NCBI GenBank assembly: GCA_964350145.1 | Contig: CAYGJL010000001.1 | Location: forward strand, 25,209-89,208 | Source of the DNA: an uncultured Gemmatimonadaceae bacterium | Lineage (GTDB): Bacteria > Gemmatimonadota > Gemmatimonadetes > Gemmatimonadales > Gemmatimonadaceae | Reading direction: 5' to 3' | Length of the DNA stretch: 64,000 nt | In this document: piece by piece, positions 43,615 through 51,745 of the stretch | How the letters are laid out: each line of letters begins with the position of its first letter | Position numbering within the stretch: the stretch's first letter is position 1 | Translations under genes and position numbers: made by a program | Notes under the pieces: generated by a model | Told to the model about the DNA's origin: nothing | The model's input: only the letters and a program-made list of their open reading frames with translations | Databases searched by the model: none

Positions 43615-45303
43615 GTGAGCGCCGCGGATCAGGGTAGTGGCGTGAAGGTCATTTCAGACTTCAACGCCGATCTGTTCGGCCGGTACCTGACGAACGCGCT
43701 CGGTGCGGAGATGCCCGTGGAGGTCTGCGCTTTCGGCCAGGTCTATCAGGAACTCGCCGCACCGAACGACAACGCATCCACTGCCGCGGCGGTAGTGTGG
43801 ACGCGCGCGCAGGGCGTCGTTGCGAGCTTCGCGCGGGCGATGGAGTTTCATGAGGTGCCCCATGAGGCGGTGCTCGCCGAAGTGGATGCGTTCGCGGATG
43901 TCGTCGCACGATTCGCCACGGGCATCAGGTACGTTTTCCTCACGAGCTGGATCGTGCCGCCTGGTCGGGGCTACGGATTGCTCGATCATCGTCCGGGTCT
44001 GGGAATCGCGCATTTGGTAGCGCGCATGAACGCGCGGCTGTCGGAGCGGCTGGCTTCGGCTTCGAACGTCTACATCCTCGACGCGGAGCGATGGATGAGA
44101 GCCGCCGGCGCGCGCGCCGCAGCGCCGAAGATGTGGTACGCGGGCAAGGTTCCGTACGGCAATTCCGTCTTCGAGCAGGCGGCGCTCGACGTGGCGGCCG
44201 CGCTGGAAGGTCTCGCTGGCCGGTCGCGTCGCCTCATTGTCCTCGACCTCGACAATACCCTATGGGGTGGCGTGGTCGGTGAAGGCGGCTGGCAGGGTTT
44301 GACTTTGGGTGGTCACGATCACGTCGGTGAGGCGTTCGCCGACTTTCAGCGTGCCCTGGCCGGGCTCCGCCGCCGCGGCGTTCAGCTCGCCGTCGTCAGC
44401 AAGAACGACGAGGACGTCGCGCTCGATGCCATCGACAAGCACCCGGAGATGGTCCTGCGCCGCGGAGATCTCGCCGGCTGGAGAATCAACTGGGGAGACA
44501 AGGCGCAGAACATTGCTGCTCTTGTCGCGGAGATCAACCTCGGTCTCGCATCGGTGGTGTTCATCGATGATAGCGCCATCGAGCGGGCGCGAGTCAGGGA
44601 GACCTTCCCGGAAATCCTGGTGCCGGAATGGCCCGCGGATCCTGCCCAATACCGGGCAGCGCTCGAATCGCTGCGTTGCTTTGACTCGGGTCCGCTCAGC
44701 GGGGAGGATCGCCAGCGCGGAGACATGTATGCCGCCGAGCGTGAGCGCCGCGCCAGCTTCGAGCGTGTCGGCTCGCTCGATGATTGGCTGAAGACGCTGG
44801 ACATCACCGTCGAGGCAGCCGACGTGAGCGACGCCAACATCAAGCGCGCGGCTCAGCTCTTCAACAAGACGAACCAGATGAACCTCTCGACTCGGCGCTT
44901 GACCGAGCGCGAGTTGCTGGAATGGGCCACTGATCCGGCGAGACGGCTGTGGGCGATTACAGTCGCGGACCGGTTCGGCACGTCCGGCCTCACGGGCATA
45001 GTCGCGATCGAAGTGGAAGGCGAGAAGGCGAGACTGACTGATTTCCTGCTGAGCTGCCGCGTGATGGGAAGGAGGGTGGAGGAGACCATGCTGTATCTCG
45101 CGGAGTCGCACGCCCGGGCTGCCGGCGCCCGCGCGATCGTCGCGGAGTTCGTTCCCACGGATCGCAACCGGCCGTGTCGCGAGTTTTTCGAGGGCACGGG
45201 AATGCGACTGGCGGGCGACAACCTGTTTGTGCGGGATCTCGACGGCGCGCCGCAGCCGCCCGAGTGCGTCACTCTGGTCGAAACCGCGGACGCGCGAGGT
45301 TGA
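43615..45303 (+). CDS. FkbH-like HAD-IIIC phosphatase / glyceryl-loading enzyme with C-terminal GNAT-like domain
   Basis: LIVLDLDNTLWGGVVGE (DxDxT), VVSKNDEDVA, INWGDKAQNI, VFIDDSAIE, and FLLSCRVMGRRVE (the conserved Cys motif of FkbH/OzmB-type enzymes). Confidence 0.8.
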   Translation: MSAADQGSGVKVISDFNADLFGRYLTNALGAEMPVEVCAFGQVYQELAAPNDNASTAAAVVWTRAQGVVASFARAMEFHEVPHEAVLAEVDAFADVVARFATGIRYVFLTSWIVPPGRGYGLLDHRPGLGIAHLVARMNARLSERLASASNVYILDAERWMRAAGARAAAPKMWYAGKVPYGNSVFEQAALDVAAALEGLAGRSRRLIVLDLDNTLWGGVVGEGGWQGLTLGGHDHVGEAFADFQRALAGLRRRGVQLAVVSKNDEDVALDAIDKHPEMVLRRGDLAGWRINWGDKAQNIAALVAEINLGLASVVFIDDSAIERARVRETFPEILVPEWPADPAQYRAALESLRCFDSGPLSGEDRQRGDMYAAERERRASFERVGSLDDWLKTLDITVEAADVSDANIKRAAQLFNKTNQMNLSTRRLTERELLEWATDPARRLWAITVADRFGTSGLTGIVAIEVEGEKARLTDFLLSCRVMGRRVEETMLYLAESHARAAGARAIVAEFVPTDRNRPCREFFEGTGMRLAGDNLFVRDLDGAPQPPECVTLVETADARG

Positions 45304-45337
45304 CGAAGCCGCGCGATGGCGGCGCCTGGTTGCCTGA

Positions 45338-46378
45338 ATGAGTCTGGAAGTACGCCTGTGCGAGGCCCACGAGATCGGTCTCGTCATGAAGTTCCTCCAC
45401 GAGCATTGGGCCAGGGACCACGTTCTGTCGCGCGATCGCGCGTTGATGGACTGGCAGCATGAGCGCCCGGACGGGCGGTATAACTTCATCGTCGCCTCGC
45501 GCGGCAGTGACAGCGGGTTGCTAGCCGTGCTCGGCTTCATTCCGACGTCCAGGTATGACCCCCAACTCGCCGAGCAGACCGTCTGGCTGGCGCTCTGGAA
45601 AGTCAGGCCCGACGCTGCGGCGGCTGGCCTCGGCCTCGCAATGCTCCGGCATCTCACGTCCATGCATGGTGATTCCGCTGTAGGGGTGGTCGGAATCGGG
45701 CCGGCGGAGCACCTGGGGATGTATCGGGCATTGCGCTTCGCGACGGGACATTTGTCGCAGCACTACATGCTCAACGACTCCGTGACGGATTTCCGGATCG
45801 CGCGCGTGCCCGTTCGCCCGGCGAGTGGCGCTCCAAGGTCCGGCGGCGCGAGCCTCCGCCTGCTCGCGGACGACGACCTCAGGGATGACGGCGCCCTGGC
45901 CCGGCGACTGCGGGACGAATCGGCCATCCCGCGCAAGAGCGCGCGGTATTTCCGGTCGCGCTTCTTCAACCACCCGGTGTACACCTACGAACTGTACGCC
46001 GTCGAGGCCGGAGATCGTGCCGGCATCGTCGCGACCAGACTGGCCGTTCACGAAGGGCGCAGTGCGTTGAGAATCGTGGACTATCTCGGGAGCGAGTCGC
46101 TCTTTGGCGAGATCGGGGAGGGGGTCCAGGAGCTGCTACAGTCCGCGGGCGCCGAATACGCCGACGTGTGGAATGCCGGCTTTTCACCTTCTACGTTCGC
46201 GGAAGCCGGGTTCGCCAAGGTGGAGCCGGAGGGAGCGATCGTGATCCCGAATTACTTCGAGCCGTTCCTGCAGCGTAACGGGCGTATCTCGTACGCTCTC
46301 CGGTCCACGCTGTCGCGGCCACTCGCGATCTTCCGCGCCGATGGCGATCAGGATCGCCCGAACGAGCCGGGCCGATGA
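45338..46378 (+). CDS. Hypothetical protein, possibly a GNAT-fold acyltransferase
   Basis: 346-codon ORF. N-terminal region (VLGFIPTS...WLALWKVRPDAAAAGLGLAMLRHL) is GNAT-like by eye. No firm motif. Confidence 0.4.
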   Translation: MSLEVRLCEAHEIGLVMKFLHEHWARDHVLSRDRALMDWQHERPDGRYNFIVASRGSDSGLLAVLGFIPTSRYDPQLAEQTVWLALWKVRPDAAAAGLGLAMLRHLTSMHGDSAVGVVGIGPAEHLGMYRALRFATGHLSQHYMLNDSVTDFRIARVPVRPASGAPRSGGASLRLLADDDLRDDGALARRLRDESAIPRKSARYFRSRFFNHPVYTYELYAVEAGDRAGIVATRLAVHEGRSALRIVDYLGSESLFGEIGEGVQELLQSAGAEYADVWNAGFSPSTFAEAGFAKVEPEGAIVIPNYFEPFLQRNGRISYALRSTLSRPLAIFRADGDQDRPNEPGR

Positions 46379-47802
46379 GCTCCGAGGTGATCGGAACGCG
46401 CGCGTTCTCGACGCTGGATCAGCGCTTCTTCAGCGATCTCTCGGGAGACTGGAATCCGGTGCACGTGGACGGGGAGTACGCCCGGAGAACGATGTTCGGC
46501 GACGTCGTAGTCCACGGGATCCACGCCGTGTTGTGGGCGCTGGACAGATACGCCGCGGTCGGCGGCGAGGCGCCCGCGACCTTGGGGGCGCAGTTCGTGA
46601 AGCCGATCTTTCTACATGAAACGATCACTCTGCGATCGATCGACGAGGGCGGCACCAGGATGCTCGTGTTGTCCAGCGACTCGGTCACGCTGGCGACTGT
46701 GTCTCTCAACCCGCAGGTGCGGGCTTCGAACGTAGCCGCGGCCCGCGCCACGGGTTGGCCCACTGGGCCGCGGGCGCTTGGCCGGGAAGAACTCGCTAGA
46801 AGCGAAGCGGAACTGCCCTTCGATTCCGACCTGGAAGCGCTTGCCGCCGCATTTCCGTCGCTAGCCCGGTTGATCGGGAGTCGCGCCTGCGGAACGATCA
46901 TGCTGTTGTCCCGTCTGGTGGGGATGGAGTGTCCGGGCAAGCAGTCCTTGTTCGCCGGTCTGCGGTTGTCGTTGGAGCGCAGCGAACGCGACGCGCTCAC
47001 GTACCGCGTGAAACGGTCGGAGCCAGCCTTCGCGCCGGTCGAGATGGAGTTTTCCGGACCCGACGCGACCGGAACCGTGGCCGCGTTCTTCCGTCCCGCG
47101 GAAGTCGCGCAGCCCACGTTCGCGGAGCTGCGCCGGCGCGTCGAGGCGTCGGAGTTCGCGACCACCCGCGCGCTGGTCGTTGGCGGCTCGCGGGGACTCG
47201 GCGAAGCGACGGCCAAGCTGCTTGCGGCTGGCGGCGCCGAAGTAGCCGTCACGTACGCCGTGGGGGCCAGCGACGCCGAGCGCGTGCGTCGCGAGATCGT
47301 GGAGGGAGGCGGTCGTTGCCAGGTGCACCAGCTCGACGTGCTCGACCCGGAGCGGTCGCTCGCCGGCATTTGCAAGGGATTCGACTTCGATACCGCGTAC
47401 TACTTCGCGACGCCCCGGATCAACGGACGCCGGAAGGCCATGTTCGAGCCGGAGAGACTCCGCGCCCTCGAACGGTACTATGTGGATGCATTCGCCGACT
47501 TCTGCCGGCTGATCGGTGCCGCCACGGGCGCCGACACGGTGGTGTTTTATCCGTCCACGATCTTCATCGACGAGCATAGCCGGGACAACATCGAGTACGC
47601 GGCGGCCAAGGCGGCGGGCGAAACTCTCGGCGCGTATCTGACCAGTTCGCGGGTGGTGCGTGTGATCTCGAAGCGCCTGCCTCGGATGGCGACGGATCAG
47701 ACGGCCGGAATCGTCCAGGTCACGGTCGCAGAGACGGTCTCCGTGCTGCTCGACGCGGTGCGGGAGGTGAACGCCGCCGCGCTCGCCCTCTCCGCTCGGT
47801 AG
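46375..47802 (+). CDS. Fusion: MaoC-like (R)-hydratase/dehydratase hot-dog (N-terminal) + SDR (C-terminal)
   Basis: FSDLSGDWNPVHVDGEYA (MaoC hydratase motif). C-terminal ALVVGGSRGLGEA and EYAAAKAAGE (YxxxK). ATGA overlap upstream. Confidence 0.7.
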   Translation: MSSEVIGTRAFSTLDQRFFSDLSGDWNPVHVDGEYARRTMFGDVVVHGIHAVLWALDRYAAVGGEAPATLGAQFVKPIFLHETITLRSIDEGGTRMLVLSSDSVTLATVSLNPQVRASNVAAARATGWPTGPRALGREELARSEAELPFDSDLEALAAAFPSLARLIGSRACGTIMLLSRLVGMECPGKQSLFAGLRLSLERSERDALTYRVKRSEPAFAPVEMEFSGPDATGTVAAFFRPAEVAQPTFAELRRRVEASEFATTRALVVGGSRGLGEATAKLLAAGGAEVAVTYAVGASDAERVRREIVEGGGRCQVHQLDVLDPERSLAGICKGFDFDTAYYFATPRINGRRKAMFEPERLRALERYYVDAFADFCRLIGAATGADTVVFYPSTIFIDEHSRDNIEYAAAKAAGETLGAYLTSSRVVRVISKRLPRMATDQTAGIVQVTVAETVSVLLDAVREVNAAALALSAR

Positions 47803-47806
47803 ACGC

Positions 47807-48784
47807 GTGCCACTCACCGTCGTGATGTACCACTACGTCAGGCCGCTCCGAGGCTCGCGCTATCCTGGGATCAAGGGGCTCGAGCTCGAGCACTTTGAAG
47901 GGCAGCTGGCGTACATCGACCGGCATTACACTCCGGTGACGATGGAAGCCGTGGTCGCCTCGCTGCGGGGTGAGACGGAGCTGCCAGCCAATGCCGCGCT
48001 GTTGACGTTTGACGACGGTTACCGCGACCACTACGATCACGTTTTGCCGCGGCTCGCAAAGCGGCGCTGGCAGGGTTGCTTCTTCGTCCCGGCGTCGCCC
48101 GTCCTGGCGAGCGTCATGCTCGCCGTGAACAAGCTTCATTTCGTTCTCGCCGTGGCTCCGTCCGCCGGAGGGCTGGTTCACGAAACCGAGCGGCTCATGG
48201 ACTCGGCGCGTGGCGAGTTGGAGCTTCCATCGTCGGCCGAGTTGCGCGCGAAGCTGTACAGCCCGACCCGTTTCGATTCCGCCGACGTCGCGTATCTCAA
48301 ACGCCTGCTGCAGCGAGTGCTGCCCGAAGGATTCAGGTCGTCGGTTCTCTCGACTCTCTTCGCGCAATTCGTGACCGAGGACGAACGTGGATTCGCCGAA
48401 GAACTTTATCTGTCGGTTGACGACCTGAGCGAGATGCTCTCGGCGGGAATGCACGTCGGCGGTCACGGCGACAGGCACCGGTGGCTCGGCAGTCTCTCGC
48501 CCGCGGAGCAGCGCGAGGAGCTGACCGCGTCGGTCGGCTTCCTCCGGTCGATCGGAGCCGCCGGTGAGGCCTTCAGCTTTTGCTATCCGTACGGTGACTA
48601 CAACACCGTCACGCTCGACCTATTGGCCGAGCTCGGTTGTTCCGTCGCGTTCACTACGCGCGTGGACCTGGCCACGATGGGCGCTGTCCCGCGGCTCGGG
48701 GTGCCGCGGCTCGACACGAACGACCTGCCGACGACGGCTGGCGCGGCGGCGAACGAGTGGGCCCGCAAAGCCCTCGTCGTCTAG
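47807..48784 (+). CDS. Polysaccharide deacetylase (NodB homology, CE4-like)
   Basis: VVMYHYV, ALLTFDDGYRDHY (TFDDG motif 1), GGHGDRH (His motif 2). Confidence 0.75.
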   Translation: MPLTVVMYHYVRPLRGSRYPGIKGLELEHFEGQLAYIDRHYTPVTMEAVVASLRGETELPANAALLTFDDGYRDHYDHVLPRLAKRRWQGCFFVPASPVLASVMLAVNKLHFVLAVAPSAGGLVHETERLMDSARGELELPSSAELRAKLYSPTRFDSADVAYLKRLLQRVLPEGFRSSVLSTLFAQFVTEDERGFAEELYLSVDDLSEMLSAGMHVGGHGDRHRWLGSLSPAEQREELTASVGFLRSIGAAGEAFSFCYPYGDYNTVTLDLLAELGCSVAFTTRVDLATMGAVPRLGVPRLDTNDLPTTAGAAANEWARKALVV

Positions 48785-48901
48785 AGGCCGCCCATGGAGC
48801 AGGGGCCGGCGTGTGGGCGTCGCACGTGAAAGCGGCACCGATTATTATCAGATTCCGGCGCGAGGTCCGCGACGCGCCCCGCTACGTCGTTCAATCCTGA
48901 G

Positions 48902-49543
48902 ATGAAAGACAACGCAATCGTAATCATAGATTATGGAATGGGGAACTTGCGATCGGTGAGTAACGCCCTCGCATTCCTCGGCTGTGAATCCAGCATCTCC
49001 GATCGGCCGGAAGAAATCGAGCGCGCCGCGGCTCTGATCCTGCCGGGTGTCGGCGCGTTCGGCGAGGCCATGCACAACCTCGCTGAAAGGAATCTGGTGG
49101 ATCCTATCCGGCGAGCGGTGGGCGGGAGTGGCACGCCGCTGCTCGGGATCTGTCTCGGCATGCAATTGATAGCTGAGCGGAGCGATGAGCGCGGACGGCA
49201 CGAGGGGCTCGCGCTCATTCCCGGAGAAGTGAGCCGCATACCGGTTCCAGCGGGTCTACCGCTGCCGCATGTGGGCTGGAACCCGATTTCCGTCGTTCGG
49301 CCGGACCCGTTTCTCTCGGGCCTGGAAGATGGCGAAAGCTTCTACTTTGTTCATAGCTACTGCCTCAGCACCGACGATGAGTACGTTGCCGCGCGCTGTT
49401 CCTACGGCGTCGATTTCGTCGCGGCGGTCCAGCACGACAACATCTTCGCTACACAGTTCCACCCCGAGCGGAGCCAGACGAGCGGCCTGCGCATTCTCCG
49501 GAACTTCGTAACGTTCGCTCAAGCGGCTCAGCCGACCGTTTAG
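48902..49543 (+). CDS. hisH: Glutamine amidotransferase subunit, HisH family (glycan-locus paralogue)
   Basis: IVIIDYGMGNLRSV, LPGVGAFG, LLGICLGMQL (nucleophile Cys), FHPERS. Confidence 0.85.
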   Translation: MKDNAIVIIDYGMGNLRSVSNALAFLGCESSISDRPEEIERAAALILPGVGAFGEAMHNLAERNLVDPIRRAVGGSGTPLLGICLGMQLIAERSDERGRHEGLALIPGEVSRIPVPAGLPLPHVGWNPISVVRPDPFLSGLEDGESFYFVHSYCLSTDDEYVAARCSYGVDFVAAVQHDNIFATQFHPERSQTSGLRILRNFVTFAQAAQPTV

Positions 49544-49547
49544 CGCA

Positions 49548-50420
49548 GTGTTGAAGAAGCGCTTGATCGCCTGTCTCGTGGTGCGGGACGGGCTGATCGT
49601 TCAGAGCATCGGGTTCAGCCGCTACCTGCCCATCGGCCGTCCGAAGATCGCCATCGAATTCGTCGCGCGGTGGGACGTGGACGAGATTGTCGTGCTGGAC
49701 ATGAGCGCTGCGCGCGCCGGACGGGGCCCCGATCTGGAAGTGATCGCCATGGCCGTGGAGCGCTGCTTCGTGCCCCTTACGATCGGCGGCGGAATCCGGT
49801 CGCTGACGCAGGTCACGGACGTGATCCGCGCCGGGGCCGACAAGATCGCCATCAACACCATGGCAATAGAGTCGCCCGACTTCATCACCCGGTGCGCGGA
49901 CGCCTACGGCAGCCAGTGCGTGGTCGTGTCCATCGACGCCAGGCGCGCGGCCGACGGAAGGCACGAAGTGTTCGCCGACTCAGGCACGAGACCAACGGGT
50001 GTTGATGCTCCGGCATGGGCCGCTGAAGTCGAGCGGCGCGGCGCTGGCGAAATCTTCATCAATTCGATCGACCGGGACGGGTCGAAGCTCGGTTACGACG
50101 TGGATCTGATTCGCAGCGTCACCGACGCGGTCAGCATCCCCGTCATCGCCTGCGGTGGCGTCGGAACGTATCGCGACTTTGCGCCCGGCATCATCGACGG
50201 TGGCGCCTCGGCGGTAGCGGCCGCGAACATCTTCCACTACATCGAGCACAGCACCATCGTCGCCAAGGCCCACCTGCGCCGCGCGGGCATCGACATTCGC
50301 CTCGACAGCCTGGCCAACTATGCCAAGCTGAACTTCGACGAGCAGGGGCGTCTGCTGAAGCTGACTGACGCGGAGCTCGAAGAGATCACGCACGAGCGTT
50401 TCGAGCTCAACTCGATATGA
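49548..50420 (+). CDS. hisF: Cyclase/synthase subunit, HisF family (glycan-locus paralogue)
   Basis: [43 protein letters not shown]; 290 aa with a C-terminal extension. Confidence 0.8.
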   Translation: MLKKRLIACLVVRDGLIVQSIGFSRYLPIGRPKIAIEFVARWDVDEIVVLDMSAARAGRGPDLEVIAMAVERCFVPLTIGGGIRSLTQVTDVIRAGADKIAINTMAIESPDFITRCADAYGSQCVVVSIDARRAADGRHEVFADSGTRPTGVDAPAWAAEVERRGAGEIFINSIDRDGSKLGYDVDLIRSVTDAVSIPVIACGGVGTYRDFAPGIIDGGASAVAAANIFHYIEHSTIVAKAHLRRAGIDIRLDSLANYAKLNFDEQGRLLKLTDAELEEITHERFELNSI

Positions 50421-51745
50421 AATACTGCGCGCGTTGCATGTATCCGGCGAATCATCCCTACGGCATCGTATTCGACGAGGCCGGAGTGTGCAGCGGCTGC
50501 CGCGTGCACGAGGAAAAGGATTTTCTCGACTGGGGCGCGCGCGGCAGGACGCTCGAAGGCATCCTGGACGGATACCGGACCAAGGCGGGACACAACTTCG
50601 ACTGTGTAATTCCAGTCACGGGCGGAGGCGACAGCTATTTCATCGTTCACGTGGCGAAGCACGTCTACGGGCTGAACCCCCTGCTCGTCACCTACAACCA
50701 CGAGTACAACACCAGGCGCGGCATACGGAACCTGGGAAATCTCGTCTCGGCGCTGGACTGCGATCTAATGCAGTACACGCTTGCGCCGGACCAGCTGCAG
50801 AAGATCACGCGGCACACGCTACGGAAGTACGGCAGCATGTATTGGCACGTGCTCGCTGGGTACCTGACCTTCCCGGTCCAGGTAGCGGTGAAGTTCAAGA
50901 TCCCGCTGATCATCTGGGGAGTGCAGCCGTTCTCGGATCAGGTTGGCATGTTTTCCCATCTCGACGAAGTGGAGATGACGGAGAAGGCGCGGAAGGAGCA
51001 CGGCCTGTTCGGCGTCAGCGCTGAAGACGTGGTGGACCAGTCGGCCGGGGTGACGCGCCGCGACGTGCAGCCGTTCATCTACCCGTACGACAACGAGCTG
51101 GAGCGAATCGGTGTACGTGGTCTGTACCTGAGCAACTACATCCGCTGGGACTCGAAGGCGCAGCACGAGCTGATGATAGACATGTATGGCTACGAGTCGG
51201 CCGCCCAGCAGCGCACGTTCAACACGTACGAGGACGTTCACTGCTTTCACTCTGCCGGTGTGCACGATTACCTGAAGTTCCTGAAGCTGGGTTACGGCAA
51301 GGTGACCGACCACGCCTCCCGGGAGATCCGCCTGCGGCGCATGTCGCGGGAGGAAGGGGCGCGGATGGTGGAGCGGTATTCCTCGCAGCCGCCCGCGGAT
51401 TTGCCGCTCTTTCTCGAGTGGGTCGGCATGACGGAACGCGAGTTCTACGACTGCGTCCGTGATCGCCGTGATCCGGCGATCTGGAAGAAGGCGCGCGGCG
51501 TCGAATACGAGCTGCTCGACTCGATCGCGAATCACGTGGACGGGCCGCAGGTCGAGGCGGTGAGGCTAGAGCGCCGCGAAGCGTGCGAGTTTCGCGTCAC
51601 GCCGCAGGCCGAGGACACGGCGGAGGACTCGTATCTGCTGATGGGTCGCGGCTACATCGACGGGATGAATTACGCTTCGGTGGAGGATCGAGTTCCCGGT
51701 GGGGGGATGACTCCGCGTCTCGAGCCGATCCCGTCGCCGCTATGA
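50417..51745 (+). CDS. N-acetyl sugar amidotransferase family (WbpG/PseA-like PP-loop enzyme), copy 1, with variant PP-loop
   Basis: N-terminal Cys cluster CARC...CSGC. PP-loop position reads CVIPVTGGGDSYF (TGGGDS instead of SGGKDS). Confidence 0.7.
   Translation: MKYCARCMYPANHPYGIVFDEAGVCSGCRVHEEKDFLDWGARGRTLEGILDGYRTKAGHNFDCVIPVTGGGDSYFIVHVAKHVYGLNPLLVTYNHEYNTRRGIRNLGNLVSALDCDLMQYTLAPDQLQKITRHTLRKYGSMYWHVLAGYLTFPVQVAVKFKIPLIIWGVQPFSDQVGMFSHLDEVEMTEKARKEHGLFGVSAEDVVDQSAGVTRRDVQPFIYPYDNELERIGVRGLYLSNYIRWDSKAQHELMIDMYGYESAAQQRTFNTYEDVHCFHSAGVHDYLKFLKLGYGKVTDHASREIRLRRMSREEGARMVERYSSQPPADLPLFLEWVGMTEREFYDCVRDRRDPAIWKKARGVEYELLDSIANHVDGPQVEAVRLERREACEFRVTPQAEDTAEDSYLLMGRGYIDGMNYASVEDRVPGGGMTPRLEPIPSPL

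Noticed and set aside
43788-43799. ops/JUMPstart-like GGCGGTAG cores on the + strand (4158-4165, 43788-43799 GGCGGTAGTGTG, 50210-50217, 52206-52217 GGCGGTAGCGCG), as possible RfaH-type antitermination sites for a very long operon
   Set aside because: All four lie inside coding sequence (Ala/Gly/Val codon strings). A rough base-composition estimate gives about 2-3 chance occurrences of the 8-mer per strand in 64 kb of DNA this GC-rich. The lineage and the presence of RfaH are unknown. This is worth revisiting only if a LoaP/RfaH-type gene is found nearby.
44260-45663. 467-aa minus-strand ORF; also 51670-53076 (468 aa), 30111-30899, 37737-38747, 38830-40056 and similar
   Set aside because: The same reasoning applies. 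Each is antisense to a well-supported + strand gene (FkbH, WbpG-like, legC, GT, epimerase) and has Arg-rich low-complexity composition.
48857-48878. Inverted repeat GGCGCG-N10-CGCGCC as a possible intrinsic terminator after the deacetylase gene
   Set aside because: The stem is only 6 bp, the loop is 10 nt, and there is no downstream T-tract. Not a convincing terminator.
48902-50420. hisH/hisF as histidine-biosynthesis genes; likewise E1 alpha/beta (25622-27579) and transketolase (13805-15564) as stray central-metabolism genes
   Set aside because: No other his genes, no E2/E3 and no pentose-phosphate genes are present. All are translationally coupled to glycan enzymes. HisH/HisF paralogues next to WbpG-type enzymes are an established glycan-modification arrangement.
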